Shown here one piece after another: positions 25,440 to 38,437 of a stretch of 64,000 nucleotides of DNA. The stretch spans positions 97,464,001-97,528,000 of the forward strand of contig NC_043004.1 in NCBI RefSeq assembly GCF_006345805.1, written 5' to 3'. The translations under genes were made by a program, and so were the position numbers. The stretch is from Octopus sinensis (lineage: Eukaryota). Below the pieces are notes generated by a model. That model was not told the DNA's origin. It did not search any database and saw nothing but the letters and a program-made list of their open reading frames with translations. The stretch's first letter is position 1. Every line of letters starts with the position of its first letter.

Positions 25440-25645
25440 ATGCACCCTTCTAAAGCCTAGCCAGGCTCATGGGCCTGGTTTCCCGGTTTCAATGGTGTAT
25501 GTGTTCCCCAGCTGAGTGGACTGGAGCAACGTGAAATGAAATGTTTTTCCTCAAGAACACAACGCATTGCCCGGTCCAGGTATCGAAACCACAATCTTAC
25601 GATCATGATGCTGACACCCTAACCACTAAGCCACGCACCTCCACA
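25440..25645 (-). mobile_element. tRNA-derived SINE (family C), internally deleted
   Basis: tcgaaaccacaatcttacgatcatgatgctgacaccctaaccactaagccacgcacctccac is a reversed head. Confidence 0.8.
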
Positions 25646-25849
25646 GTAGTACCTAAGTGCATACTAATTTAGTTAGCAGGTATTTTATATTGATGTTTGG
25701 TGACAACAAGACTCCTCAAATCTCAAGGATCTTTCTTAGGACTCTTACAGAATATAGAATGGTACTTTTCTGCAGCTGGACAATGCAAATTTCAGTTCCA
25801 ATCTCTTTCAGTCTTTTAGGAAGCATTTTTTGGTGTTGTGCTATTATTA

Positions 25850-25940
25850 TCATTATTTGATGAAAACTCCCAGCTTATTTTGCTGGGTACGAGGGAAAGT
25901 GTCAGCTGTCCACAGCCAGCAGGCTAAGGTGGCACTTGTT
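25850..25940 (-). mobile_element. (TAA)n-tailed retroposon 3' end; second copy at about 29055-29145
   Basis: tttgatgaaaactc...ttttgctgggta...gtgtcagctgtc...ctaaggtggca occurs at both loci next to (TAA)n. Confidence 0.55.
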
Positions 25941-25984
25941 CACTGGCTGATTATGCTTCATTATTATTATTATTATTGTTATTA

Positions 25985-26454
25985 TCATTTATGGTTTCTT
26001 TTAGCTATAACTTTATTTCAGCTGCCTTAGTACCAGGCATCCTCCGGAGGCCAAGAGTAGCAAGGGCATTTTTGTTTTGCAATGCATACTAAGATTATCA
26101 CAACATTTATTCCATTTTAGATGGAGAGTGCTTTCCGTAGTATTAAATGATGATGGTGATGATGAGACTGAAAGGATGAATGGCAAAGTTGACTTAGGTG
26201 AAATCTGAACTCAGAATATAAAGATGGATGAAATGGGACTAAGCATTTTGTCCGGATGCTAGCAATTCTGCCATCTTGCTACCTAAGTAGTATATGAGCT
26301 GTACCCATCAAGGTTATCTTTTGTAGTTCATGGAGATTGGAGTTACCAGGAGTTACCAGGGAGTTGCTTAATATACTTCTCCGTTCCCTTCTTTATCATT
26401 CCCAAAGCACCAGTTACTACTGGCATTATCATAGTACTAAGCTTCCACATTTTT

Positions 26455-26456
<2 letters not shown>
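25985..26456 (-). mobile_element. R4/Dong-clade LINE 3' end, split by a templated insertion
   Basis: After removing the insert and a 10-bp duplication, the reverse strand reads KMWKLSTMIMPVVTGALGMIKKGTEKYIKQLPGNSNLHELQKITLMGTAHILRKALSI* (stop 26117-26119); (TAA)n on both flanks. Confidence 0.85.
26142..26292 (-). repeat. Perfect inverted copy of 24919-25069
   Basis: 151 of 151 bases match by manual comparison; the 7-bp direct repeat gtagtat lies at 26137-26143 and 26287-26293. Confidence 0.9.
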
Positions 26457-26515
<59 letters not shown>

Positions 26516-26528
26516 TATTATTATTATA
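26457..26528. repeat. (TTA)n microsatellite
   Basis: Directly visible. Confidence 0.95.
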
Positions 26529-27544
26529 TTTGAGTCTTGTGGTGTGAAGACATAGTTTCCTTACCCCTTTTTTGATATAAGTTATATTTCAAATATCCCC
26601 AAATGCAATTTTCTTTAGTCTACTTGTAAAAAAGAACTTCAATTACTTAAGAAATGCCTGCTCTCTATACCCAAAAAGAGAGGTAAAAAAAAGCATTTTC
26701 ATGTGTTGAATTTTCTCATTCATACAATTTCAATAATAATAATAATAACAAAAGCTGCAGCAACTCTTACACAATGTCAAACACTGTAAGTCATTCATAA
26801 ATTAGTTGTGTCATGGTAAACCATTCCACAACAGAAACCGAACAGACATAAAACTGAATGGCATTTGTTACCACAGGAGCCAATCCTTAAGAGAGCAAAG
26901 GAAAATTACAAAACTTGGAAGTGGACTGAGTCTTCCCTCTCATCAAGCAGTAAAAGCTCTTTAGGACATATCAGGCGAAGACCTCTTAATTCTAAAGGGT
27001 AATAATTATGGCCTTATTGACTGTGCCTTCTGAACTGCAGACAAAGTCAAAACATAGGTAGAAATTGTCAGGCATATCTCCATCTTTACACCCATGCCAC
27101 AGTACATGCATCAAAGGAAAACAAACAAGAATGACGATACAGTAGAAATTATGCAGGTCTGCGGTACAATGCAAGGCTCAAAAGATAATATATTGTAAGA
27201 GAGTGTCAGAAATAGATCTGCTATTCCTAATGAACTCCAAAGGTAACAGAACTATACAAGAACTTGACCAGTGAAGGCACCAAAACAATGAGTAGGTATG
27301 AGATTTATGATACTAGTCAGAAATCATAGTTGTTGCATTTGTTGCTATAAAAATAACATCGTAACCAAGATGCTTAAAAGGATTAGAAAGCCTAAACAGA
27401 AGAAGAAGAAAAAAAGAGAAAAGAAAATGGTGGGGGCGGCCGAACATCAGGGGAGAGTGAAAGAAACCACTTCATGCCTAGCAGATGTACAAATACCTTG
27501 TCACATAATGGTACCAACTAATAGTACCATACAATTGTATTCTC

Positions 27545-27964
27545 TTTTAATTCTCTTTTACCTGTTTCAGTCATTTGACCGTGGCCATGCTGGAGCACCA
27601 CCTTTAGTCGAGCAAATCGACCCCAGGACTTATTCTTTGTATGCCTAGTACTTATTCTATCGGTCTCTTTTGCCGAACCACTAAATTACAGGAACGTAAA
27701 CACACCAGCATCAGTTGTCAAGCGATGTTGGTGGGGTGACAAGCACACAAACACACAACACACACACACCACACACACACACACATATATATACATATAT
27801 ACGACGGGCTTCTTTCAGTTTCTGTCTACCAAATCCACTCACAAGGTTTTGGTCGGCCCGAGGCTATAGTAGATGACACTTGCCCAAGGTGCCACGCAGT
27901 GGGACTGAACCTAGAACCATGTGTCTGGAAAGCAAGCTACTTACCACGAAGCCACTCCTGTGCC
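27545..27964 (-). mobile_element. SINE family A, full length
   Basis: Canonical structure. Confidence 0.9.
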
Positions 27965-28744
27965 TGGGTAAAGAGGGAAAACATTTACAGATGAAGATCT
28001 ACATATCATTGCAAAACAACCATGAAATGGAAATAGAAGGAAAATCATGGAAGATCATCTAACATAAAACAGTGAAAGCAGTTGAGTAGGAACAATTTCT
28101 TCAAAATGACTTCCCCAAGAAAACAGTAAAGAAAATGCAAGGACAAAAACATACTAAGATTCACTATCAACTAAAAAAAAAAAAAAAAGAAAGAAACTAG
28201 ATAAACTTTCTGAAAGAAACTAGATAAACTTTCTGAAGAATTATGACACAGAAAATAGATTTAGAATATAACAATGAACACAAGACAGATTATTAGTAAA
28301 AATTAAGCTAAGACATTACAATGAAATTATAAGAGCATATGCCAAGGATGTTGGGGTTTGCAACACCAAATGTTCTCCCCAAAAATGCTTACCAGTTCAT
28401 CTTCTCCCAGCCAACCAAATTTCAGGAGTGGTTCATGGATAAGGCATGGATAAAACAAATCCAACCAAGCCTTTAATCTTTCATATTCTATCTCCTTTTC
28501 ATTATATCTTATTTAATTACTATGCATTATCGTACATTTTATTCATTATTGTTCAACTATATGTACTTTTTTAAAATCTAATACATTCATTCATATATTA
28601 GGCAGTGCTTCCCTTTTTTTTTTTGAGAATGTATTGTGTACACTTCACTTTTCTTTTCTTTGTAACCCTTTATAATAATTTCATATTCTGTATCTTTATG
28701 AAACTTTGTGGCTAATAAACAAAATATTATTATTATTATCATTA

Positions 28745-29036
28745 TTCTATGTTTGACTTTTGCTTTATGTTTGTACAAGTTGGTTCCAAGTCTCACCCAG
28801 AGACCTCAAGAGACAACAGGTTGGAAGTTCACGTTGTTGTTATGCCTAGTGTGCCATATATTTGGGTTTTTATTTTGGTGTTGTACTAGTGAATGTCTAA
28901 TAAATAACTTTAAAAAAAAAGTTTGTTTTAAACCTTGAGATTACATAGAGAGTATTTTGCGTAGGATATGAGCAGTTCCCATGAGCACTATCTTTTGAAT
29001 TTCTGCCATTTTGGGGTTTCCTGGTATCTGAGTTAT
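28745..29036 (-). mobile_element. R4/Dong-clade LINE 3' end
   Basis: Reverse strand TQIPGNPKMAEIQKIVLMGTAHILRKILSM* (stop 28941-28943); (TAA)n on both flanks. Confidence 0.85.
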
Positions 29037-29303
29037 TATTATTATTTTTATTATTATTATTATTTGATGAAAACTCTTGGCTCATTTTGCTGGGTATGAT
29101 GGAAGGTGTCAGCTGTCTACAGCCAATAGACTAAGGTGGCATTAAAGTTGCTGGAAATGGTTACAAAGGTAGCTAAAAACTATCCAGATGCTTGTGAAAA
29201 TTGTTTTATAGTTAAATCATTAGATAAAAATACCTCACACATAAGGGCAAAACCATTTCTTCCATTATCCAAAGATTTTGCAAATTGAAAAAGACTGTTC
29301 ATT

Positions 29304-29955
29304 TTAACCCTTTGCATGTAGATTACTCTGTCAAATATATTGTTTATTTATTCACATAGTGTATAGGTACAGGATTGACTGTGTGGTAAGTAGCTTGCTT
29401 ACCAACTACATGGTTCCGGGTTCATTCCCACTGTGTGGCACCTTGGTCAAATGTCTTCTACTATAGCCTCGGGCTGACCAAAGCCTTGTGAGTGGATTTG
29501 GTAGATAGAAACTGAAAGAAGCCCGCTGTATATATGTATATATGTGTGTGTGTGTTAATGTGTGTGTGCGTGTGTGTGTTAATGTGTCTGTGTTTGTCCC
29601 CCACTTGACAACCGATGCTGGTGTGTTTGCATCCCCATAACTTAGCTGTTCGGCAAAAGAGACCGATAGAATAAGTACTAGTCTTACAAAGAATGAGTGC
29701 TGGGGTCAATTTGCTTGACTGAAGGTGGTACTTCAGCATGGCCACAGTCAAATGACTGAAACAAGTAAAAGAGTAAAAGAGAGTAAAAGAGTAGTGTAGA
29801 ATTAATCATGCCTCATAATTTCAAGATTTCAATGAAGTGATTGTTTATTTTTAGAATGACATTGCAGGGTTACATGTGAGAGGTCATACCTGGCTAGTTT
29901 GAAAATAAAACAGTAGAATATTTGGGCCTAATATGACCAATTGTAAATGCTAGCA
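29304..29955. mobile_element. piggyBac-like MITE split by a SINE A insertion
   Basis: TTAA+CCCTTT left end; the body resumes at about 29799; tagtgta is duplicated at 29357-29363 and 29792-29798. Confidence 0.7.
29365..29793 (+). mobile_element. SINE family A, full length
   Basis: Canonical structure with a 7-bp target-site duplication. Confidence 0.9.
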
Positions 29956-30061
29956 GATCAAAATACAAATGTCATCTTTTGAGCAAAACATTGAAATCAG
30001 AGAGAATTTTTATTTTCACTTAAAGATTTGTAAGTTTTAATTTGCATAATTATTTCAGTAT

Positions 30062-30290
30062 AAGGCAGTGAGCTGGCAGAATCATTAGCAAGCTGGGTGA
30101 AATGCTTAGCGGTATTTCATCCGTCTTTACATTCTGGGTTCAAATTCCTCTGAGGTTGACTTTGCCTTTCATCCTCTCAGGGGAGATAAATCAAGTACCA
30201 GTTGTGTACTGGAGTTGATCTATTTGACAGCCCCCGCCCCCTCTACAAAAAGTTCAGGCCTTGTGCCTAGAGTAAAAAAGATTATTATTT
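30062..30290 (+). mobile_element. SINE family B
   Basis: ggcagtgagctggcagaatc head and ttgactttgcctttcatcc core. Confidence 0.8.
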
Positions 30291-30331
30291 CAGAATTTTC
30301 AGTTTGAAAATTATATTATTCATACATAAAT

Positions 30332-30539
30332 CTTTTACTCTTTTACTTGTTTCAGTCATTTGACTGCGGCCATGCTGGAGCACCGCCTTTAGTCGAGCAA
30401 ATCGACCCCGGGACTTATTCTTTTGTAAGCCCAGTACTTATTCTATCAGTCTCTTTTGCCGAACCGCTAAGTGACGGGGACGTAAACACACCGGCATCGG
30501 TTGTCAAGCAATGCTAGAGGGACAAACACACAGACACAA

Positions 30540-30570
<31 letters not shown>

Positions 30571-30725
30571 CACATATACGACAGGCTACCAAATCCACTC
30601 ACAAGGCATTGGTCAGCCCAGGGCTATAGCAGAAGACACTTGCCCAAGATGCCATGCAGTGGGACTGAACCCAGAACCATGTGGTTGGTTAGCAAGCTAC
30701 TTACCACACAGCCACTCCTGCGCCA
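30332..30725 (-). mobile_element. SINE family A with a small internal deletion
   Basis: Canonical ends; the ttctttcagtttccgt segment is missing. Confidence 0.9.
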
Positions 30726-30729
30726 TTAA

Positions 30730-32280
30730 TTTGTTCATCAATTATGAAGTTACATAACTGTGAAGAAATCAAAAACCGAAAGTTTTAAAATCTCTTCTTC
30801 AGGAAACTTTCCTTCTAAAAGAATACACAAAGAATTTGCAGCAGTCAATAGCTAAATTCTGTATACTATTACATTTCCTTCTCATCATCAGCTTAGCAAA
30901 ATTTTAACTTTGTTACTTTGGGAAACATTGTCTCCTAAATACTACTTTCTTACCTTATTAATTTTGCCCCTTGCAAAATGAATTGAATCAATTATTGTCA
31001 AGCCGCTCCTTCACATAATCCAGTATAGTCAATTCTTCAAAGACATCAGTTAAAACTTGTGATGTTACTTTGGATGTGATGTTTATCAATTTCTTGTGTC
31101 AGTATTTCACCATAGGGTCAGTTGATTTATCTTCTTCAAAGTAGATGATCCTTGCCTCATTTCTTTTTTTTCTTGTCTACAATGCAAAGAATCTAGATAA
31201 CCACCTAACTTCATTAACTGATCTCAAAGCAATATCTTTATTTTCAGAAGCCTCTGCAACTTATTTTTAAATTTGTAATTTTAAAAGTAGATTGAGAAAA
31301 TACAGTACAGATTGTTCTCAAAAAGGTTTTAACCCTTTAGTGTTCAGATTACTCTGTTAAATGTAATATTTTTTTTTACTCAAATTGCTTTTAATTAATC
31401 ATGCATTATCTTATAGCTTTGAGGTTTCAAGGACGTGATTGTTTGTTTTTAGAATGTCACTGTAGGTTAGGTGTGACAGGCTAGATAGCATCAGTTTGAA
31501 TATAAAACATGTAGAATATTTGGGACGGATATGGCCAGTTTAAACACTAAAAGGTTAATGTTTCTCTCTAACTTGACTTCTTTACAGATTCATCCTCATG
31601 GTGTTCTAGACATTGTTGCTGAACAAAGCAGGGAAAGTCCTCTTACTACATCACTATGAGTCTGTCCAACATTACTGCAGTTCCACCAGATGTATGCATA
31701 ATCATTTTTAGTACAAATTTCTTCTTTTCATAAAACTTTTTGACTACTGAGAGAATACATCATACACCTATATCTAAATTAGTCCATCAAAATCCTTTAT
31801 CCACAGTTCAGTCTTTAGATATTACTTTGAAGTATAGAATGGAATTTTTCTAGATAAATATATCTGAAGTTTCATCAACTGTTAACATGAAAAGTCTGTT
31901 GATCCTATTCCTTCAAAGTATGTATTTTTAGATAATGTCTTTAATAATTTCCAAAAATTCTTTTTGCTTTACCAAGAAGTTTGGTGGCAACTGAACATGT
32001 TAAACTGAATGGAAAGGGTTATGTATTTTGGCAAACCATGAGTAAGAACTTTGGTCTCCTTTGGGTCTACACATATATCTAATGATCACTTTTAAATGTT
32101 ACTGTTGATCCCAAGTATATCTTTACTGGCTGCTTTTAGCAGGTCTTGTGTTCACATAAAAGCCCCCTTATTAGCTCAAACAATTTGTTAACTGTTTTAA
32201 CGAAATCTCATTTCACTACAATTTTTCACAGCCTTTGTAATAAGGATCCAATGTGTACTCTTTAATTAAGACTGTGAATT
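30730..32280 (-). pseudogene. Decayed hAT transposase (ZNF862/C17orf113-like), interrupted by a MITE
   Basis: Reverse strand motifs in the expected order: EFLEIIKDII...FMLTVDETSD (about 31870), MHTSGGTAVML (about 31680), QCLEHHED (CxxH, about 31600), LRSVNEVRWLSRFFAL (about 31200), LLEGKFPEEE; many stops. Confidence 0.8.
31329..31558. mobile_element. Non-autonomous piggyBac-like MITE
   Basis: TTAA at both ends with inverted termini ccctttagtgtt...aacactaaaagg. Confidence 0.8.
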
Positions 32281-32816
32281 GATCAGGTAAAGTGTCTAAC
32301 TATCTTTTAATTAGTTAAGTAAGTGTAAACATGTTTAATGTGCAAGTATGATAACATTAATTGAGAGTGTACCTGTATCATGGAGAGGTAAACATTAGTG
32401 GTCAATGCTTGAGAAAACAAACAAAGGCAATGGAGACAACTTGTAATAACATTTTTAAGAATTGACATGTGTTCATGTACCAGAATTCCCATGTATTAAA
32501 ATTGGAAATAAATAATGTGGTAAGATGGGGCAAGCTTGATATTAGGGAGATGCAGTTGTTACTTTCATGGTAAAGATCTATGTAAATGGATGCCAAAATA
32601 CAATGGGGTACATTGAAGTGTCAAGCATGAGGAAGAGCTTAATATTCCAGGTGGTGCCTACTGTCAGAGAAAAAACACTGATAGAACTTCTTCACTGAAA
32701 TTATTGAATTGATCCCTGTACTTAACCGGTCAGTATTTATTGATCATGAAATCAGTTTGAAATAAATTTCATTCTTGCAGGATTTGAACAAAAAAAATTT
32801 TTTAAATGAAAACATA

Positions 32817-32989
32817 TAGGCACAGGAGTGGCTGTGTGGTAAGTAGCTTGCTAACCAACCACATGGTTCCATGTTCAGTCCCACTGTGTGTCATCTTGGG
32901 CAAGTGTCTTCTGCTATAGCCCCGGACTGACCAATGCCTTGTGAGTGGATTTGGTAGACGGAAACTGAAAGAAGCCTGTCGTATATATG

Positions 32990-33039
<50 letters not shown>

Positions 33040-33267
33040 CGTATGTGGGTTTGTGTGTCTGTGTTTGTCCTCCTAGCATTGCTTGACAACCGATGCTGGT
33101 GTGTTTACGTCTCCGTCACTTAGCGGTTTGGCAAAAGAGACCGATAGAATAAGAACTGGGCTCACAAAGAATAAGTCCCGGGGTCGATTTGATCGAGTAA
33201 AGGCGGTACTCCAGCATGGCCGCAGTCAAATGACTGAAACAAGTAAAAGAGTAAAAGAGTAAAAGAA
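32817..33267 (+). mobile_element. SINE family A, full length
   Basis: Canonical structure. Confidence 0.92.
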
Positions 33268-33964
33268 TACAACTGAACACTGCAAGGTCTTCTTCACTGA
33301 GCAGAATTATGACCAAAAGCAATTTACCACTGACCGTCTGGTCATGTTTCTTTCAAGCGCAGTACACCTAGGACTATCATATTATTCGATATGACCTTCC
33401 ATATATAAGATTTTGTTAGGGAGCATGCTTTGTAGGGAATTTGGCTGCTATGTGTAACAACACAGATGCTTGATTCTTTTCACTCATGACTTCCCTCACT
33501 GACACAAAATACCAAAAGTTATTTTGTGTGGTTTCTCAAGCATATGTGCCAATCCATGACAAATCATACAAAGAGGTGAGATAGAAATCATTCAGGAACA
33601 CCTGAGTAACTTAATCTCTAATTTCCCATAAGAGCTACATATCTTACTTAAAACCACAAATAGTTAATCAAATACTTTGTAATATTCGTTTAGCTTCAGG
33701 ATTTCTATTGTATCTCATGGCTAAACTTACTGGGCAAAACTTTGTATAAGCCCCACGCATTTCCTGATCAATTCACAGGGCGATATTCACTATGAAAGAT
33801 ATTATAAATTGTATCAGAATAACAAATTGACTTGTTTGAGGGATTATCTTATTCGGAGAAAGAACAGCTACAGCAACTGTTATGGTTTATTGGGAACTAT
33901 GTAAATCTTGGTTATAAGAGATTTCAATAAACTTTGTATACACATGTGCCTATAGACTCATGAA

Positions 33965-34114
33965 TATGTATATATGTATATAGATATACACATATACACA
34001 CGTACATGGACATGGTGTGAGAGACAGAGTTGTATGAGTCTTAATGTACAACAACAACAAGCATATTTATGTATGTATGCTCAGTTTTATAAATACATCT
34101 TGTGTGTACATGTG

Positions 34115-34157
<43 letters not shown>

Positions 34158-34170
34158 GTGTGTGTATGTG

Positions 34171-34226
<56 letters not shown>

Positions 34227-34520
34227 ATATATACATATGTGTGTGTGTGTGTGTTGTGTGTATATATATATGTGTGTGTGTATATATATATATATACATA
34301 TATGAGTGTACATGTGTGTGTATGTTTGTGTTTATGTATGTGTATGTATACATATATTGATATCACATATACACATGTATGCTCACTTGGACACACATGT
34401 GTATATATTATGTACACATACTTAGACACAAACCTACCTACATGCATATATATATAATATATATATATATACACACACATACAAATGCACACATACATAC
34501 AAACATGCATACATACATTA
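33965..34520. repeat. Compound (TG)n/(TA)n/(CA)n tract
   Basis: Directly visible. Confidence 0.9.
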
Positions 34521-34738
34521 CTATTTGAAGACAAATGTACACAAAGAGAACACAAGCTTAATTAGTTAGCAAGAAAGTAGTTTTATGAAGATCTAATCAA
34601 GTGTACAATGAACACCTACAGCTGGTCATAAGTTCTTGTTCTTCAATATGAAATTCAATTAGAATTTTAGCTTTCTAAATATTGCAAATTAGCCTCACTT
34701 TGTTAGTTCTGCAGTCTGCTGTAGCTTAATTCTCACAG

Positions 34739-34766
34739 AGCAACGATTCCTGAAAGATGATACAAT
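34739..34766 (+). CDS. Candidate mini-exon (28 nt, phase 1 to 2)
   Basis: ttaattctcacag acceptor, AAT/gtaaga donor; the only open frame gives QRFLKDDT. Confidence 0.3.
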
Positions 34767-34820
34767 GTAAGATAGAATAGCATGGTCAATGTACAAGATA
34801 CATAATCCAAGATATATATA

Positions 34821-34863
<43 letters not shown>

Positions 34864-35111
34864 TGCATACATACATACACATATACATACACTTCTCTCT
34901 TTCTCTCTCTCATACATACACACACACACATGTATGTATGTATTGATATTAACATGTGCATATACACACACACACACATGGTATGACTAACTTCCAGGAT
35001 ACATAATCTAGGATGTCTAAATGTTTACACATAAAAATATATATACATATACATAAATATACAATCATAAATTTATATATACATGTAAATATATATAAAT
35101 ACCTACGGATG

Positions 35112-35145
<34 letters not shown>

Positions 35146-35150
35146 CATAT

Positions 35151-35181
<31 letters not shown>

Positions 35182-35579
35182 CACACACATGCACACACAC
35201 ACACACACACACACACTCACTCTTACATACATCTCATTAGAGTTTGACCTTTCATTAATGAATTTTTGGTTAGATAAACATCAGGAAAAGCTATTAACCC
35301 ATTTAATGTTAGGCCATTCTTATTATTCAAATGAACATCTTGTTAGTATTACAAAGTTGCATCTCATATGTTTTCCAGCCAAAAGGAATATAAATATCTG
35401 GCATAACTTTCAACCGTGCTTGTAACTATCTTCAGAGGGGAGATGTTAAAGCAAGGTTAAAAACTGTGTATATAATTACACATATTACTGTGGAAGTATT
35501 GATTTAATGTGGTTGTTTACATGCAGTGGATTCTTAATCAAGCAGCTCTAACTATCTTTTATGTTTTACTTGTTTAAGA

Positions 35580-35839
35580 CATTGATCTGTTTTCATGCAG
35601 GGACACTGCTTTGAAGGGTTTAGTTGAACAAATAGATCCCAATACGTACTTTTAAACTTAGTATTTATTATTCTATTAGTCTCTTTTCCTGAACTGTTAA
35701 GTTATGGGGGTATAAGAAAATTAAGCAGCATTAGCTGTCACATAGTGAGAGATAAACACAAACACAATGATCCATACACACACACACACTCGCACAAGTA
35801 CATGCACACATACAAACACACACATGTATGTATGTGTGC

Positions 35840-35871
<32 letters not shown>

Positions 35872-35887
35872 AAACATATAGATAGAC

Positions 35888-35956
<69 letters not shown>

Positions 35957-36090
35957 TAGATAGATAGATAGATAGATATAGATATTTATATATATGATGT
36001 GCTTTTTCAGTTTTCATCTACCAAATTCACTCACAAAGATTTGGTTTGCCCAAGGCAATAATAAAGACACTTACTTGCCCAAGGTACCAT
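35580..36090 (-). mobile_element. Degenerate SINE A with an internal (GATA)n expansion (35875-35990)
   Basis: 3' half at 35580-35720; ttttcatctaccaaattcactcacaaag...acttgcccaaggtaccatg. Confidence 0.6.
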
Positions 36091-36768
36091 GTAGTGAGTC
36101 ATATATTTTCTAAACAAAGCATATCTCAAACTAAATTATATAATCTGGCATTTCTTCCTTTAATTAAAATGGTTGTCTGCTTTGAATGAGATTTAACTGC
36201 TATTTCTTGCAGCTTGAGTGATTGATCAGAGACTTCCTTGTTGGCTCTACAAGTGAAATTTGGAATTAAGGTGTGGCTATTGTTGGTTTTGCTTTTGATT
36301 GGTTGAAAATAAAAGCAACAGTTCTATTGTGATTGGTCTGCAATCAAGGAAAGGAGTGGCTGTTTTTAGCAGGTGTGTCTATATACTGTAAGGTATGCAA
36401 CAAATTGGTTATATTTTTATATTTGTCATATACTTTTCTTGTTCAATGTGGTTATTAGAATTATATTCTTCAATTCATCTTTATATATATATATATATAT
36501 ATATATAGGTAAAGATTTATAGACATACATACATACATATATATATATACATACATACATACACAGACACACATATTTATATATATATTTACATACACAC
36601 ACATCAATATCAAACAATTTTAAAATATGTCTGGAAACTTATCAGTGTTACACTTCATAAAAATTTGATTTCTTGCTAACTGGAAATGGAAGCTTGTGTT
36701 TTTGTTTTTGTTTCTATTTTTTTCTTTTGTTGTTAGTTTATTTAGTTATGCAATTTTTTTTTGGCATG

Positions 36769-36800
<32 letters not shown>

Positions 36801-36925
36801 CAAGTATTCCTTGTACAATGTTTATGTTTTATCATCACTAAACATTTATGAATTCAAATTAAATTTTTGAAAATATTATTTATTTTTATGGAGACCAGGT
36901 TGTTTTTCTTTCTTGTTTGTTTTAG

Positions 36926-36954
36926 CAAAGATTCAGTCATCATCTTTTTTTGTG
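36926..36954 (+). CDS. Candidate mini-exon (29 nt, phase 2 to 1)
   Basis: Strong acceptor tttttctttcttgtttgttttag, donor GTG/gtatga; gives KDSVIIFFC in the phase matching 34739-34766 (all three frames are open). Confidence 0.32.
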
Positions 36955-37402
36955 GTATGATTTCCATTCCAATGATTATTTCATTTCAATTTAATTTTAT
37001 GTGATGGAAAGTTAAAAAAAAAAATTATGACTAGACCTTTCAAAAGATTCTTCTGAAAAATGTCTCATTAATTTTAGTAATTCTTATGATTTTTACAACA
37101 TTCTTCATCATCATCATTCTCATTGTCATCATTCTCATCAATATCCATCATGGTCCTCCTCCTCACCACCACTACTTGCTTGGCACCCCCACCCCCTGTC
37201 ACTAATATACTTCCTGTTGCTAACGTCCGTCTTGTTGCTAACCTCACTTGTTTGCAAGTTTGCAAGGCAAAAAATCCCATTTTCACAAGCAAACTCAGCC
37301 CCAACATGTTCCGATGGTGGACTGCAAGCAAAGGATTCTGTCAAGATGCCATTGCTTATAAACCAAAGAATGTGAAGGAAATCTACCAATTTCATTCACA
37401 AA

Positions 37403-37810
37403 GCGCAGGAGTGGCTGTGTGGTAAGTAGCTTGCTAACCAACCACATGGTTCTGGGTTCAGTTCCACTGCGTGGCATCTTGGGCAAGTGTCTTCTGCTAT
37501 AGCCCCGGGCCGACCAATGCCTTGTGAGTGGATTTGGTAGACGGAAACTGAAAGAAGCCTGTCGTATATATATGTATATATATGTGTGTGTATGTGTTTG
37601 TGTGTCTGTGTTTGTAACCCTAGCATTACTTGACAACCGATGCTGGTGTGTTTATGTCCCCGTCACTTAGCGGTTCGGCAAAAAAGACCGATAGAATAAG
37701 TACAGGGCTTACAAAGAATAAGTCCCGGGGTCGATTTGTTCGACTAAAGGCAGTGCTCCAGCATGGCCACAGTCAAATGACTGAAACAAGTAAAAGAGTA
37801 AAAAGAGTAA
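37403..37810 (+). mobile_element. SINE family A, full length
   Basis: Canonical structure. Confidence 0.92.
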
Positions 37811-38437
37811 ATCTTTGGTTGGCCATGTTGGCTATATATACTAAAAGACACTTACTTATCCATGATGTCACACAATGGTTACAGAGCCTGAAAACAATAT
37901 TGCTTTTGGGAAGTGAACACCTTAATCCTTTCATTACCGACCTGGCTGAAGCCGGCTCTGGCACTGAATAAAAATGTCTTGTTTTCATAAGTTTTGAATT
38001 AAAATCTTCCACCAAACCTTAGTCATAATTTATGTTCCTGACACTATCTAAATGAAAGCTAAGTTATTTTACTAAATTCTTCGTTATATTTAAAGCAATT
38101 GAATAAAACACAGAGCATCTCAGAATAAATGCTGTAAAGAAAGGGTTAGATAGGGCATTCAGGCCATAGAGACCACTCCAAAACTGACACTTGTGCTCAG
38201 CACAGCCTTGCAACTTGCAGTATCCTATCAAACCATCAAGACATACTAGCAAGGGAAACTGACATTCAATGATGATGATGACGATAACGATGAGGATAGT
38301 GACAGTGATGATGATGATGTCGATGATAAGATACTACAATACTACAGTGATAAATAGCTGAAATTACTTCATGCCTTAAAATCAGATCAGGCGCGTGTTA
38401 TATGTATTGAATCCTTAATTATGTTTATAATATATAT

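Noticed and set aside
33560-33930. Faint resemblance to a Charlie-type hAT C-terminus (EIIQEHLSNLISNFP; SEK...LLWF...Y)
   Set aside because: Too few matching residues to separate from chance by eye
36370-36392. 23-nt candidate exon QVCLYTV with a gtatgc donor
   Set aside because: The acceptor appears to derive from a dispersed repeat motif (gctatttctagcagg-like), and the exon breaks the phase chain between 34766 and 36926
37074-37636. Overlapping ORFs of 76-113 aa
   Set aside because: They start in a SINE or run into (GAT)n/(GAG)n low complexity; no recognisable domain or splice support
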